From contig OZ365110.1 in assembly GCA_977030845.1 (NCBI GenBank), positions 52,204,001 to 52,268,000 on the forward strand: 64,000 nt of DNA. The letters are read 5' to 3'. The position numbers were made by a program, and so were the translations under genes. Origin of the DNA: Fimbriosthenelais zetlandica (taxonomy: Eukaryota). A model generated the notes under the pieces. It saw only the letters and a list, made by a program, of their open reading frames with translations. It ran no database searches and was not told the origin of the DNA. Every line of letters starts with the position of its first letter. The first letter of the stretch is position 1. This document shows positions 35,601 to 51,443 of the stretch, in pieces.

Positions 35601-38600
35601 CTATTGATTTCAGGCTGCAGGGCTGGCTTTTTAGACAGCATGGAAAAAGGTGGCAATGGGTGTGCATAATGAATGCATCCGGAGGGAAATAATATCAAAA
35701 ATTACTTTCTATCTTTTTTTTCATTTGTATGTCTAACACCCATATATACCGTAGTACGTCTAGTAGACTTTTAATTTCAAATAAATGTTTCTCAATTAAG
35801 TTTCTCATCAAAACAATTGCCTAAATAATGTGACTGATATTTTTCCAAGCTAAACATGGCTCCAGGACTTATTCCCTGGTGATTTGCCAGTCTATAATCA
35901 TTTACGACCTATGAAACATTATATGTGGATAATTAGACAATTCATATTCTTAATAAAATGCCCAGCCCACCCGAAGAAGGCCTAAAGGCCCTTGTTGCAT
36001 TTATCTCATCACTATAATTACAACCTCTACCGTAAATCCTTCGATACTGGGATGTGGAATGGGGATGTTGGATCCCGTGTGAAAATAGAATTTTGGACCT
36101 GATGGTTTCTGTTTTTTTAACGTAGGAAAGAGATCCTCAAATAATTGCATTAAAAAGTCAGTGTTGATAGTGTACCAAAGGGCTGACACTATCGTTGAAG
36201 AGAGTGAGGGAGAGGGAGATGGCCGGTTATCCCACCTTTGGGATATCTCCCTTTATAAAAGAAACCTAGTCCCTTAATATCTACTTTGTATTCATTGCCC
36301 ATAGAGGTTGAGCGGGGGGAGAGCAATGTACTATAAAAATACTAGACCATGATCCCGCCAATGAATAGAGAAAGAAAAACACTTCTCCCAAATCAAATTA
36401 GATTGGACACCAAATATCCTGAAGGGATTTTCATATTTTGAAGTTGCGTTAACAAAAAAAGGATTTAATATTAGTCATTAGACACCCTGTGTAAAATTGT
36501 TATTTCTGTTGACAGCCTCTAAGCAATTTGTGAATATATATGATAGCCAAGAAAACTTTTCAATGATTGAAAACTTGACTGCATACATATGCTCGGTGTA
36601 TGACAACCAATATGGCCAAGGATTTATATTAGTTACTTCTATTCTCAGTGAAGTGTAGTTATTATTTTGGTGAGTTGGATGGAGCAGGGACTGACCCTAG
36701 CACTGGTCAGTATCTGGTCCTTGTAGTGGTCAGTATGAATTTCATCAGACCACTGCTCGCCTCTCACCCTGTCCATTGATTACCACAGTGGTCCTCTAAA
36801 CCATCCCATTGTCACTCCCAGCCTCCTTCCTACCTAGCTCAATGACCCCCCTGTCAGTTCTTACCGTATATTCTCGAAATTACCTATAAACCTTATACCT
36901 ACATTTTTTTCTCAAACCATCCATGGCTTCGTATTTGTGCATAATCAAAGGGAAAGTACACAAAGCAAGATTTCATGAATTATTATATATTATTTATTTT
37001 TAATGAAGTTCTTTTTTTCATGAATCAAGTTATGTTAAGGATGAAAATGGCGCATCTTTTATTATTGTTAGCGCAAGAAGAATGCAAGGATTTTTGTTGT
37101 ACATGTATGAGCAACCTTACATAATATATGGTCCCAGTGACGTTCCGTGTGAATATTTCATGTGAAATATTTGCTTTAGTCGCAAAGGTTACCACAACAT
37201 GGTTTGTGGATTTAGCCCTTGGGATAGGACAGGGTGGCAAGTACATTATTGCCAATTCATTTTACAGCCCTCCAGTCAATACAAAAAATAATAAGCAGCC
37301 GGACAATGGTCAGCATGACTCATGTAACTGACTTCAGATGCTAGCCTCACCAACTATACTGACCGCTTCCTGATTTCTCACTTTTCCTCGGATCTGATCC
37401 ATATTCTTTTTCTCCAAGACAAATTGGTTTATTTTATATTTGGACTTGCCCTTTCTGCACCACATTTTGATATGATCTTCCCGCTCCCTCCATCTCATAA
37501 ATCGGCTATGAAATCAGCCCAAGAAATTGGGAAAGCACACGACGTGCTAAAATACTTATTTTCCTATATGACGGAAAGCAAGGAGTGTATTAGGTATAAG
37601 GGATGAGCAAAACTCAAGCTCAACTTTCTATTGCCTCCCTTTAATTCAGTTTTGGGAAGACGCGATGTCTTGAACTTGTAACATGAAGACAATGTCAACA
37701 TTTCCAAGCGCTCTCATATCGATCTCCAAACTTCTCATCTTTTCAACCCAGAGAGCGCCGAAAAAAAAGCACTCCACCAGTCCCATAGTGCAAGTCCTAT
37801 AGAAAATACAAGGCCTTGTTGAAGGCCCTTAGAATATTTCTACATTCATTAATAGGTGGAGAGGGCATAGGCAAGCATAGCTGGCACAGTCACAGGGGCA
37901 TGGTGAAGGGTAGGCAATGGAAAAAAGGCAGTTAGCGGGGAAATGGGAGTTGGTATCGATTAGGGTCTGAATAGTGGCATTTGGTGCATTTATAGTCAAT
38001 CTCTGAAGCCCGTCTATCTTCCTTGCCGCCCGCAGGGTGGAGTGTCAGGGTGGATAGATCAGGAGTGTGGCCAGAAAAACTGCCCTCTTTCCCTTTATGT
38101 TCTTTTCTATATTTTTTCTCTGAGTAAGATGCTCTCTCTACCTTTTCATTCCCAGCTTTCTCGTCTAACATATAATTTTGCCGTTTCTCTCATCATCTTT
38201 TCATTCTTTCTTCCTTTACGTGAACGCCTCACACTTCAATTAACGGTGCATTGTTTCTCACAGTACATGTATAATATTGCATCCATTTGACGAGCAAAGT
38301 ATAAAGCCTGGATATTTTCTGTCTCCAATTTCTTTCTAGAAGCTCCTATAGTACCATCCATTTTACCTCCGCTCCCTGTATTAATATATACCCCTAGAAT
38401 AATGTATTGCCTTCACTTTTCTTGAATGTATCAGCTTCTTTAGTTCGCCATACACTGCACCACCCCGATAGAAGCTTTCCTTTCTATTTTCCCAATACCT
38501 TTCACTTTATCAGGTCAAATCAGTACACTCAAATCTCAAATCAGATAGCTCAACTCTATCCCTATTGAAATTCATAAACCTATTAGCAATTAATACAAAC

Positions 38601-38797
38601 ACCCTTGTACTCTCCCGTCATGATATAACTGAAAAATTGTTGAAAGTAACGTTAAACCCCATTCAATCAAAACCCTTGTACTCTTTTTTATACTATAAGT
38701 TATTGGTGATATTCCTCCCTCCCATTCCCACTCTTTCATGTCCCCTCCATGCCTGGTTCCTGCACATATGGCTCTGACCTTCGTTTCATCGCTGCAG

Positions 38798-38884
38798 CGA
38801 GGACGTAGTTACAGCGTGATCAATGATCATGATGAAACAAAAGTTCTACCACACAAAACTTCCAAAATTACCACCGGAGCCGAG
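38798..38884 (+). CDS. Candidate exon (phase 0->0) RGRSYSVINDHDETKVLPHKTSKITTGAE
   Basis: Acceptor ccttcgtttcatcgctgcag and donor GAG|gtagta; 87 bp. Confidence 0.25.
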
Positions 38885-40152
38885 GTAGTATTATACCAAA
38901 CCACAACTTCCATACATCTCCATGCATCATACCTTCATCTCTCCAGATTAACAGCTTTCCCCTCTCTCTGAAGCCAGAGAGCACATGCGAACTGCACCGG
39001 AACTAGATGGAATTATTTCCGGCCGTAAAATGTCCCTCTGTGGCCTCCCACTATCAAGATACAATAGTTCTGGCCATGTGAGGGTGCAGTACATATTCAA
39101 TGGCCTTAAACCAATTTGCACCCGATTTGGGGGAAGCACCGTGTGAAGCTACGGGCAACCTGTGGCATCCATGTATAGGCTGGTCTTTTTACGGTGGGGG
39201 GACCTGCAGGGTGTTGGTTGCTTTGTGTTAGCCAGTGAGGGGTGCTGTAAAGAAGAGGGGTGGGACCTGGCTATTGATTATACTCGGGGCAATAAACTGA
39301 CAAAACACATCTTAGGATGTTCTCGGCTAAGAAGGATCTAAGTAGAATTTTATACACTGAAGCCCCATGTTTCAATTCCAACATTTTATCGCACATTTAC
39401 ATGTTCTTCCAGGTGATTGTCAAATTGTTTCCGAAGACTTCCCTCAAACCCTTCCAGTTTATTTGCAATTATGTTAATGATAGGCCTATTATAATGATAT
39501 TAAGGCCTATATATATATTCAATATTATACATAATTGATTATATTCAATGGATCATACCAACCATCCTATACGTACAAGCATCAGCTATATAGCATCTCA
39601 CCTGCCAAAAAGAAAAATGGGTTATTAGTATGGAAAAGCACACATTGACAAAATTTGTTCAAATATTGACATTTAGTCCAATAGATTTGTGCAAAAATAG
39701 GGCAGAATTGTTCAAATTTGGAGGAAAGCATGAAATTTGGTACAGTTATAGATTTTGGTATTCTGATTAAAATTAGATATAGACCCATTCTGAAAAAACA
39801 TTTCCTTGGATACTTTCGCCATGGAAACATTCTTTCGTTCCTTTCAGAGAAAACTTGGTTTCTACCTAAATGCTAATAATTGATGATATAAAGCATTGAC
39901 TGATCAGTCCATATGTATACAGAAACTTAAGGTCCACTGCAGGTAATACTAGTAGTGAGTTTATGTTTAAATTCGCCCGTTTGTAATGTTAGGACTGTAT
40001 AATAAGGGGTTGTTCCATGGAAATACAAGTGGAAATCCAATTGATGGACTCGCCCTTCAGTGCCATCAATTCATATAACCACAGTGAGTACAGAGCATTT
40101 TGAATGCCATCCCCAGCCACACAAAGAATGCCCACAATGTTCTCCACTACAG

Positions 40153-40260
40153 CCTATAGTTTTGTGGGACAGACAGCCCCATGTAACCCAGACAAGAGCC
40201 CACTAAGCCAGGCCAACATGGCTGCCCCCAGCCTGCCATCGCTTCAATGGCTGCCGACAA
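40153..40260 (+). CDS. Candidate exon (phase 1->1) AYSFVGQTAPCNPDKSPLSQANMAAPSLPSLQWLPT
   Basis: Acceptor ttctccactacag and donor CAA|gtaaga; 108 bp, GC-richer than flanks, only one frame open. Confidence 0.35.
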
Positions 40261-43233
40261 GTAAGATCAACAAGCCAGCATGTGGAAAATCAGTCGGCTT
40301 CATCAATAATGGATGTACGTTTATTATACGAGGGCTGTCCTAGGGCAGTGGAGGGGAAGGAGGGGGACAGTGTCAGAGCAAGGTTTTGGCATGGTGGATT
40401 GCTGTCTTAGTCGATCGTATTTGTAGAGATAACCAAGAGCTCTGACCAACTCCGAAGTCTCCTGGTCCACCCAAAAAATAGTTTCTCACCCTCTCTCCAC
40501 TATCTACATTTAAATATGTGTCTCATACATTCAGCATTTAAGGAAATGCAACTTAACATACAGTTTGGATGCATGTTCCTGAATGTTTCATCTGGTCTAA
40601 TATTTGTGCCTTAATGGGGTTTGAGAGTATCTGATTACATTCTAGTGGTTTTATAATCAGTAATGTTACCTCATTGTTGTAGACAACACATCCTTCCTGT
40701 GGATGGTCATAAAGCTTAGAAATATAATGGAGAAAATGGCCATCGGGGAGTAAAGAACGACAGCCTCTGGTGTCCCTTATTATTTATAAGGGTATGTCCT
40801 TTGAACGGAGAGTCTTTCCTGGACGTGCAAATTTATAGCCCATTTATTCAATGGGATAATGGGAGAAGCTGCCTACTATATCATGCTAGGCACTCAAGGC
40901 TGTAACTCCCATAGGTGTGTTACAAAATAATTCTCATATTGTAAAAGGCCCGAAGGGAAGAAATTTCCGCAACAGCCCCAAGAAGATCACCGAAAAACAT
41001 AACTATCATCCAGTCCAATCTCCAAAATAATGTGATTTGTATTAAATGGAGTCAGTAGACAAAACATGATCTGATGCATTTATAATGGAATCTAATGCAG
41101 TTGTATGGGCAATGTCATAGATATTTATGCAGGTCGTACCTTTCTATTAGCCTATATAGAACATCTGTATTTATTTATACAAAATATATTCTTATGAATA
41201 CCAAGCACATGCACAGGACAAAGGAGTGTTCTGATAAAAGAGTGTCATCGGAGTGTCCCTTTACCATTTGATTCCATGTTTTGTTTGCACAATCGAACAA
41301 CCCAATCTCCGAGCAGCAAAGATTATTTGCTTCTCTATTAGTCACTAAAGAAAATCACAAACAATAATCATCCATTGATTCTGGTGAGACCTAATTGAAT
41401 TATATCCAAGATATTGGTCTCCAGCAGGCGCCGGGCTTGGCGCTAGAGTCACATTGAGTTTAGCCCAATGCGAGTTCACTCTTTGCCATTTTCATTAAAT
41501 ATTTATTAAGTTGGGCCTTGATTTAGTGGAGAAAAAAGATTCATAAGATGAATGTATTTTTATATTGCTTCAAGCCCCAATTGAGTGTCTGGGTGGATTT
41601 TTTTTACCCAAACATGAGCAATATATAGGCTGTCATTTATATTCCCCTTCTCCATTTTAGTGGGTTTTTATTGATGGTGATCGAGTTCCCTCGTTATGCA
41701 ATTATATGTACATATATCTGCTAATGGAATAATATTTTGTACTTTATTATGTACTTTGTACACGATCCATGCAAATGGGTGAAAACAGTTGTTGTGAAGT
41801 TTGGGAACGCGTTTTTCTATATTATTGATGGGGATTTAATATGGGTTGTCAGGGCGATCCATTCCCAATAAGGGTTCAGCATGTACATACACACAGTCTT
41901 AATTACACGTTTCGCTAAGTTGTTTAATTTCCTGTTTCCCTGTAAGACGCATAATATGCTTTTGTTGATCTAGTCTCATGGCCATACTTCTTAGGACACA
42001 GTGCTCAAGTGAAAGCATGTCTTCCAACTATAGCTGTATGTTCTTGTTTTCATCAGACCGCAAGAACCTAGAAATCCATATCAGTATATCACGGTTCAAA
42101 ATGTATAGTTTAGCCACCTAGCTACCATACCTATAAGCTTAATTTAGATTGGATTCGAGGTAACTCTGCATGATGTGGGTTCTAGATTTTAGCGCAACCT
42201 TTATCACTTGGATAGTGTAAAATGTAAGATATTTGGGGTTCGACATCCCGTCACGACAGAGCTAGAACCAGAGACTAGGTCGGCTTCAAAAGAAGTTTGG
42301 TGTAAGTACTGGGAAGGGCTGAATGGAAGCAGAACACAACAGGCTTCCTGAACAAGTGTCAGGGGATCTCATTCACTTTTGACAATCTCTCTAAGACACT
42401 CTTTCACTTCGGCTCCCTTCGTCTCCAGATCCAGCAGTCTGTTCTTTCTATCTCTCCTCCCCATTCCCCCATTTCTCCACTCACTCCTTATTCATATCAC
42501 TCATTCACTTTCAATTTTGTATCCATGTTCCCTTCCAACTCTCTTCTTGCCTCTCCCTCGCTGTCTCCCCTCCTCATACTCTCCCTCTTTCTCTCTTCTT
42601 CTCCGCCACCCATTCTCCCGCCAGATGCCAATCAAGATGAGATGAAAATGAAACCTGAAAAGCCAAAGTCTCCGACATGACTCAACCACGCATTAACTCC
42701 AAGTTCGGCTATTGTAGTCTTCAACTAATTAATTGTTCACTATTTGCATTGATTCCCAGGTTGGTCCCCAAAGCTCCACTCACTTTAGGATTGATGCGGT
42801 GAGGGAAAAGATGGGATGAGGGGCAAAACCAAGGGTGGAAGACCTGGATGGAAAGTGGCATATTGTCATCCATGCCTCCACTTTCACTTGTCAGCATCTT
42901 CAAGCAATATGCTAATACCATTCCCTGTGATTCCCTTTCAATGAGAGCCCTTGTTTTTACTATTTCACCAGAGGTAGCCTTGATGACACGGTCTGAAAAT
43001 TGGCTCTAATTGAACTAGAGTTGGCAATACTCTCTTTTGTGGTGTAGCTCTGCATATTGAAGTGATATTAATTGTTCGATATTCCTGTGATCGTGCATGG
43101 TTACTATTGCCTTTCAGTACTTCAGCAGGTTGCTTACGGGGGGATCTTCACTGATTCCATCCTCATGATGTTTAAAGATGAGGTTTGTGGGATTTGGGAA
43201 ATGTGGGAGTGAACCTTTGTTTGTTATGGGTGT

Positions 43234-43443
43234 AGCCGGACTCAACTGCTGCGATTTTGCTTGCGACACTACTGCGACAAAGGTGATGCTTGTGAAGTTG
43301 TGTAAGAATACAATTTATAAATTGTGGTTCAAGTGTCCAAGGCCTTAAGGCCGTCCTCCAATGGTAAATTTATCATTGAAACACAAGCATCACCTTTGTC
43401 GCAGACGTGTCGCAAGCAAAATCGCAGCAGTGGAGTCCCGGCT
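43234..43443. mobile_element. MITE family 1, copy 2
   Basis: Almost identical to 59180-59390, differing at the left tip and about one internal base. TTA on the right flank. Confidence 0.9.
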
Positions 43444-46400
43444 TTAGGAAGTGTTGAGGACGGAGGAAGTATAGCACTTGATTGAGGTACCGGTAACGTT
43501 AAGGGATGGAAGAAAAAAGTGAAGAGAAAGGTAAAGGATATTGACAAGAAGGGGTAGAAAAGAAGAATGGTATGGAGGAGACTACATCTATTTTGTGGCA
43601 TGGTAGTGGGTCTGGAAGGTGTAGGAAATAGAAAGGTGAAGAAAATAAGCCGACGCTAGCTATGCTTGCCGTATTTGGAATGTATTTAAAGACTTGAAGG
43701 AAGGAGGTAGGAGAAGGAAGAAAGGACGGAGAAGGAGGATTGGGACGGGAGATGGTTTTTCTTATTTTTGAATTGTCAGAGCTTTATTGCTCGGAATCAC
43801 GTTCAAATGAAAACGATGTCTCAGTAATGATCGCTTTGCATACGGGAACACATTAAAGTAGGGCTCACTTGTTTGCTTTCAAACTCGTTTCTTGTGAACC
43901 CTGGGAAAAATTTCTCAAGACACCGTTCATATTGCCTTCAAAGACAAATTCCTATTTGAACTGCATGGGGAGGGATAATTATCATTGTATGATTACATCG
44001 ATAAACCAAATGGGTTCTTTTCTTGCTGTCGCATTCAAGATTCCATATTTTGTCAACTTCCTATCCACTATTTTATATTTTTCTCAACCTCTTCTCCGTC
44101 AATTTTCCTCAGAGTCATTCTCCGCTCTAGTGCACCCCATTCATGTTCCTTTAAATTCTTTAAGTCCTTCATAATTCCTGGTCGCTTTAGCCCCTCATTG
44201 GTATTGCACCCTTTCACTATGGGGTATAAAAAGTTGCTGTGAGACATTGCTCGGTCCACTCGGGTCAATTGGTCATTCAACAAAACTTATTCCTCTTGTC
44301 CCTTGCTGACTTTTGACCGACAGATCTACATTGAATCTCGGTCGATCCGGGCAGTGTGTGGGGCAGGGGAGTGAGCATAATATGGACCTCCCACTTTACA
44401 GCTGTCAATATAGCCCACTATAACAATCTATCAGACCTCCAAACCTGCTCTATAACTCCCCATCAGATGCTGAACTTACTCCCCCCAAAAAGAGATTACC
44501 TCTAATACCCCCTGCCTCCAGTGCCATTTTCTCAATGCCTATAACTGCATGTCCTGGGACACTCTAGTCACCCTGCATCAGTGGCTTTGCGTGCCCACCC
44601 TGAGTTTAAGCTGGGTTTAGGTCCTCTATAGGGATTATCACCACCCGGTTCAACAGCCTTTGCAATAGAGTGAATGCCAGACTGACTTGTTGGCTTTATA
44701 TTATAATCAGGTTTGATATAATTTTGCATGCATCCCCCCAAATCAGTTTTACAAGGGGAAAATGACATGGAGGGCCAACACGCTATGTAATATGGGGTTT
44801 ATACTTTATAGTGACGGAACGAGGAAGTGCAATGAGTACTTTACTCTGTAGGTTTTGTATTATGGCAATGAAAAGAAAGTATTAAAGTTTAGAGCTCATT
44901 GAGATGACTATAATCTAATAATAATTCATATTTGATTCAACATTTACACGACATTGGTGTATACTATATTGCTCATACCGAAAGCAGCAAATTCAAAATC
45001 AGTGAACTATATTGATTGGGATTAAGACTAATTCTTAATTTCGTTTCATTTCATTTCAAACCTCGGCGCATTTACATTAAAGTAAAACATAGCTTGAAGC
45101 TATCCAGCCGACAACATAAGCGGTAACAGAAAAACAGAAAACAAGAATAAATTTAACAATTTACAACAATTTTTCAATGATACTTTTCCATAGTAACGGT
45201 GCAAGATGGCATTTGTTTTTGCATTTTTGTGATTTTCTGTACTATTTTAATATACATGGATAATCTATCGTTCTATACTTGACCAGTCAGAGGATTAAAT
45301 TTCCTATATTCCATTGGTTCGAAAACGTGAAATCGGGCATAGTTTTATCAAATAACACAATATTTGGCTCTCTTTTACCTGACTGTGAAGTAACAAGGGG
45401 ACAAGAAGGACCAGACTTTTATTAATTTTGTCCCAGCTGCTGATTGAAGCAAATCATCCATAGTCTGAATCCTGACCAAGATAAGCGATATGGGACCTGC
45501 AGCTGCTTATCCCACCATAGAAAAGTCCAGATTGGGGAAGCCATGCACCAATTAGCCTGTTCTCAGCATCCTGAGCGGCCCTCATGGTCGCTTAGCTCAT
45601 TGAGAGTTATGTCGTGTGCGGTCAGGTCTGACCAAGCACCTCACAGGCGGAAAAGGGATCTCTAGGGATCACATGATTCCTATCACCCCTTGGCTGGGTG
45701 CTGAAGTTAGGGTCACCCCTGAAAAAGTGGTTTTTGGATCCCCAAGGGAGATGGGGTGAGCCAGGTTACCTTTCACATTGTTGGCAGTTTTCTCCTGCTT
45801 GGCAGAAGTTTGTATATATGCAAATAATTTCCCTGAGAGCAGGACATTATGCAGTATTTTTTTTTAAAAAGAGTGTATTTATTGGCCCGATCTATATATT
45901 ACGTATACATCTCTATCTTCATTGTTTACTAGTCTATTGTACAAAGCAAATCAGACATAAAACATTTCACTAACCAAATTAGTAATTTTAGGAATTTCAG
46001 AGTAGGCCTATATTGGGTTTAAACCTCTGAGGTGGTGAATCAACCTTGGTCTAGTATTGTATTAGGGTCTTAATGAAGGTATTGAGTTGGGGGCAAAAAG
46101 CTACCTCATCCCCAGCCCTCCAGGGGCAGTTTGTGGGCAGGAAGAGGAAGCACTGGAGAAAACCCTGTCCCCTGCGGATTATTCTCCCATGACAGATTCA
46201 CATTCAAACCTATCATGGCCTGAAATATCTAGGTCAACGCAACACCGACCACACACACCATTTTGAACTAGACATTACAACACAGAACTCATATGGCACA
46301 TTTAGAAAAGAAATAGCTGTGCATGTCTAATATTAAATTACATAAAGCTTAGATTTATTCTACCGTATTATGTATACCTCGATTTAGTATGCATAACAAA

Positions 46401-49400
46401 ACATCAAGAAATCAAGGGTGGAAATCATACTTGAAAATACTAATATCTAACTTTACATGTAAAAGAATTAGAAATTTTGTTAATATCATGTTATCTCCAG
46501 CAGCTTTTCTCGCAGTAATGTGATAAATGTAATCGATTATTATTGCAATTTGCCTGAAAAATTTAGCCAATTTTATGAGTGCATTTGAGATTAAAGCCAA
46601 GCCCTCTCCTGGCCTTTGAATAATTACAGTGATTGTGGAAGAGCATCCCGATTGGAGATAAACAGAATAGGAATTAACAATTCAATAGCTCTGATAATGT
46701 GAAAAGGGAAACACTGGAAACGCCTATTGATTTCTACAATGACCGGTCAGTGCTATTGTGTTGAGGGTTGGAATATTTCATGTTTATTGATCCCACTGTC
46801 CATCGTTCAACAACAAGTACTGTCTTATTTATATATAGCTGGGTCCATCCTACTCACTGAACGATCTATCAGGGAGCATCACAAGGGTCAGCATTTAGTA
46901 GGCTATTCTTGATTGCAAAGAACCACTTCATTTTCCCTTTAGTTGCTAAAATAAACTTAAGGCAAAAATACCAAGGTCAACCAGAGAGCTTCACGCCTCA
47001 AGTACACTCAAGGAACTAAAAATATTCCATGAAGAGTGCGTCATGATCGAAAAGACTCTCATGACAAATCTTAAATTTTATGACCCACTGCCATCCAGTC
47101 ACTGGTCATCTTCATCTTTGACCAATACGGTTAAAAGTTTAAGGGACATACATTTTTTTAAAATTTTGATCACCTTTCTCCTTGGCATCCAAATCTTAGT
47201 TCCACAGATGAGTTGGTATCTGTGAGTTATAATAGTCTGCTAATGATAATGTCAAAGGTTGCCAGACAATCGCTCCCCACCAGCTTGTGCTTTGATCCTA
47301 TCAGAAAACTTAGATGAAAAAAAATTCTCCAGTAGTCATCAATCCCTGTCAAGGTCTGAACTTTTACTCTATCTTAATTAAAACCTGCCTTTTTATCCCA
47401 GTTTGTGTATAGAGCATTGTGATACCTGACTGAGTCCATATAGAGGCAATATCTCCCTGTGAGAGGGAACAATATTGTGGCCTCCACATGTGTTCCAAAT
47501 GCTCCTCAAAAGAGCAGTTCATAGCTATAGGCAGGGGACTATAAGGACACACCGGCTTCTTTCATTGGTTCCTCTCCTGGGTATTCCCCAATGATTGATG
47601 GATGTAGAGCCACTACCCTGCATAGACGTGTACTAAGTCTTAGCTCTTGGCCTCTGGAATGTTCCCCCTCCATGAGTTTTCTCTATGAATATTTGACCAG
47701 CTTTTCTTTCAACCAGTCTTAAGTTGACTCATTATTTTCCAGTCTAAATATTATACATGTCCTCCATGGCTTTGCACAGTTAATTCCAGGAAAAACTTAA
47801 TTGCCTCTAGATGGTTAAACAAAGAAAAGAAATTGTGAAAATTATCGAGTAGATTGAGAGGCATAGGGTATTATTAATTAAATGTTTGCTTTAGGGCCTT
47901 ACAGCCAGACTAGTGAGGGGCTTTCAGTAATTATTCTAGGGACATGTATAACAATATCTTGATTGTTAAGCTGCTTTTTTCAAAGGCCCACCATGGTGCT
48001 ATAGCCTCACTTAAGAGATGGATAGCTTGCTTTCTGTCACCCTTCTATGGGTCACCTGTGTCAAGCGTTCGACAAAAGGGTGGTTTTCTTAGAACTGAAT
48101 CCCCGGGGACGAAAAGCACAGTAAGCTCGTGATGAATAGGGTTATCTTATAGACAGATTTATCGTCTTCTCTTTGGCCAGTGATAAGAAAGCAGCTTTCC
48201 CCTGTCAGGTATGTGCTTTTGTAATCTCAGGCAATGATACGAATGGGATCCAAGCACACTCCAGACAACAAGTGGTGGAAGGAATTTCCTCTGACAGCCC
48301 CATGTTATTCCTCTATACCCTCAGTTTAAGCCTTTCTTTCATGACAAGCCTATTTAGACTGTGTCCTCTATCCCCAGAGGAAAATGAGTAGTATATAACA
48401 TTTATATAGGTCTGCTTATCATACAGGCATGGGAATTGAAGAGCTAATGAATTTCTTCCAACTTAGGGGTTCCAGAATACTATAAGTAAACTGGTTCAGA
48501 TGATAGTATAATAGAATCGAGGTATTTTGTTCCTAAATATCTATTTGGATGAGTTATACTAAGTTTTATGCCTAGCTACAATAATAATCATTTTGATTAG
48601 AGGCAATACTAATTATCTCTGCACTTTGATTTAAAAATACCTCCCAGTATTAAGCACTGAATGCGTCTAGAAGCCCATCGATGTTCTCATATCCATATTT
48701 TATTGCTGATATCTCTATCTCACTTGTATTCATTCTGCTCCAGACAACTAAATGTAATCCATGTCGATCCTAGGATTTTGGCTGCCATTTCTGTGTTTCT
48801 ATATTGATGACTTGTCAGTATAGCTCATAAACACAATTTTTATCTTTTCTTTTTAGTCTTGGTTCGAAAATAGCTCATCGATTACAAGTCAATAGCAATT
48901 GTTAAAACACATAATGATTTATAAACTTTTTCTGATCTCAATTCTGCCAATTAGTGCTCTGCCGTGGGTATATTCAATCCAAATCCAATTGTAAGATGGC
49001 GTTTCACCACAATGTAAAGGCAGAAATGACCAGAGCCATGAGCCGGGACTTTAATATGGCACCTCCCCTACTCTACCCATCGCCTGTAGTATTCAATTCC
49101 TGCCTTAATCCCGCCTTCATCACCTCTCAGGCCCCCGGTCTCCACAGCCTGATCCCTCCTTTTAGATTCAATACTTAAACCCAATTATACCCGACCCCAG
49201 GGGTAATTAATCCCAAATGCTTTCTAACGCTATCCCCTGGGATTTGCCGAGTATCAGCGGCTCAGCCCCCTACCTATACTACCTTGAGATAATCACATTA
49301 TACTTGCAGTACCTATTAAGGTGAGAGAGAGGGGCAAATGATACCAGTCCCCAGGCAATTGGACATTACAGACTGGACTCTCCCATCGAAAGCGGAGAGT

Positions 49401-51443
49401 GTCCCTTTTTGTGGGTTATTTTTTTCGCAGGGAGATGCCGATTGTATGGGATCAGGGATGGATATGTCCCATGAGTAATTTATGGTATGGGAGGTGTTGT
49501 AGATGTATCTATTGTGGATGTTGACATATAGAGGATGTCTGCTGGATATCATATAGCTAGCCTCACATAGCAGGTGTCAAAACCTCCTCCAGAACAGATT
49601 ACTCCGGAAGGCCTATATATGCATTGGGGAGGTTCGTGTGGCCGCCTTTGTATATATAGCAATCTATATTTTTTGCTTAATATAATAATTTATTATCTAT
49701 TATACATTACATGTACCCTTCTATAGAATCCTTATAGAATTATTTTCATTTTCATTTCATTCATACTTTTTACCATATCATTCCACTTTTAGCTGATTCA
49801 CCCCAGATACTTGCAAATAACTGTCAAATATGACCTTAATTTCTCCAAGAATGTAGACATTAAGGCATGGAATGACATGTTAGTCCGTCACTCAAAGATG
49901 AAGGGCTTGGAGTTAAAAATAGAAGTTCCTTTGGCATGGCCAGCGCTGTAACATTGACGATTGAGAACCCAAGAATAAAAGGATCATTTGTGAAGAGAAT
50001 TGCTCATCTCAAACAGAACAATCCCCTTCACATTTAAACTACTTTTTCACTTAATTGGTCCTCTACATTTGTGATGATCTCAGCAAAAGCAGATTGATTG
50101 AAGTCTGTCAATCAAAAACTTTTTCTTTCTTGGCATTTGAGTAATTCCCGGTGCCGTTATAAGGTGCCTGGATACTTATTTCATTAGGTACGGCACCTGT
50201 CAGTCAACTCCCCCGCCCAAGACTTCGCCAAATTGGATAAGACCTTCTCCTTTTTCGACAAATTGCAGTAAAAAATTAATCGGTCTTTCAATCTAGAATT
50301 AATGGAATTTCTCAACAACAAGAAAAAATGCCCAAAAAAACCATTTCCAAAATGGCACAGGGAAGCTACCATGACTCTCAGTACTAAGAAAGATTCTGCA
50401 GATCCTGAAGGCCGTGAAAGCTATAAATATTCCATATGAGAGACAGAGACTCACGGCATCGATTCAAGTATAAGATTAAACTATATGTGCCTTGAATTTT
50501 TACATGGACGCAATCGATACTTCTCACTCTCAGATACAGTTTTCCTTCTTCCAATTACTTCTCCCTAAAAAAATCTTTTAGTATTTTTCCAGGCATCTCC
50601 GGATGAGATAAGCGATATCTGAACGTGCAGATCTATATATAGAGACATAAGATGCAGTGACCTTTGCCTATAAGGTATACGTATATATATGAGATTTACC
50701 CATACACTGTATCATATAAATGACTGAAATACCATAAAAAGAAGGGAACGCCGACCATTAAAATTTCCCCACCTCAATATCAAGGCAAAGCGTCTATTTG
50801 ATGAGAGAGAATCACTCCTGATAAAAGATCCCTTAACCAAAGAATCAAAGGCTCTTTAACAGCAATTAACCTCAGCTAATGACTCGGCTCTATTCCCTGT
50901 ACATGACGGACTTCTAAAGTAAGTCTATTCCCCCAGCAGAGTATGAAGGGATGGATGGGCCTTCTATAGCAGGAAGCTAATTTCTTTTTTGATATATTAC
51001 AATCCAGTATACAGTACTGACAGCCATGCTCATAATTACAAAGACTGAGCATCTATTACAAAACATGCGCCCATTAGTAGCTTTAATCACACCGAAAAAC
51101 TGCTTATCACAAAACAACCATGTTGAATTAATATTAATCCCTACCGTAAATGCTTTGGTACGACTAAATTAGGTTAAGGGATAAGATTACTCATACGATA
51201 TTCTCAGCCTTTTATACCATGGTCCGAGAGACATAAATGTATAACATTTTGCATTAAATGGGAATTTTGCATACGAACCTGCTCAATAAAAAATGAATGT
51301 TAATTACTACATGTACGATATATGTGCCGAGAATTCCATTAGAGACCGCTTGAGTGTATAGCGAAATCTTATGGTCAGAGAGAATCATTGGCTTCAAGAA
51401 ATTAAATAGATTTTTAGCAATAACGAGTCGATATAGAAACCTG

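Noticed and set aside
35971-35990. CCGAAGA-A-GGCC-TAAA-GGCC, half of a hammerhead
   Set aside because: The core U is mutated and GAAA and stem III are absent; at most a dead remnant.
42233-42249. GGGGTTCGACATCCC resembling a tRNA T-arm or B-box
   Set aside because: No A-box, cloverleaf or acceptor stem could be built.
46135-46170. Weak likeness to the V-SINE core GGAGGAAACCGGAGCACCCGGAGGAAACCC
   Set aside because: Too short and divergent, with no tRNA-like head or second copy.
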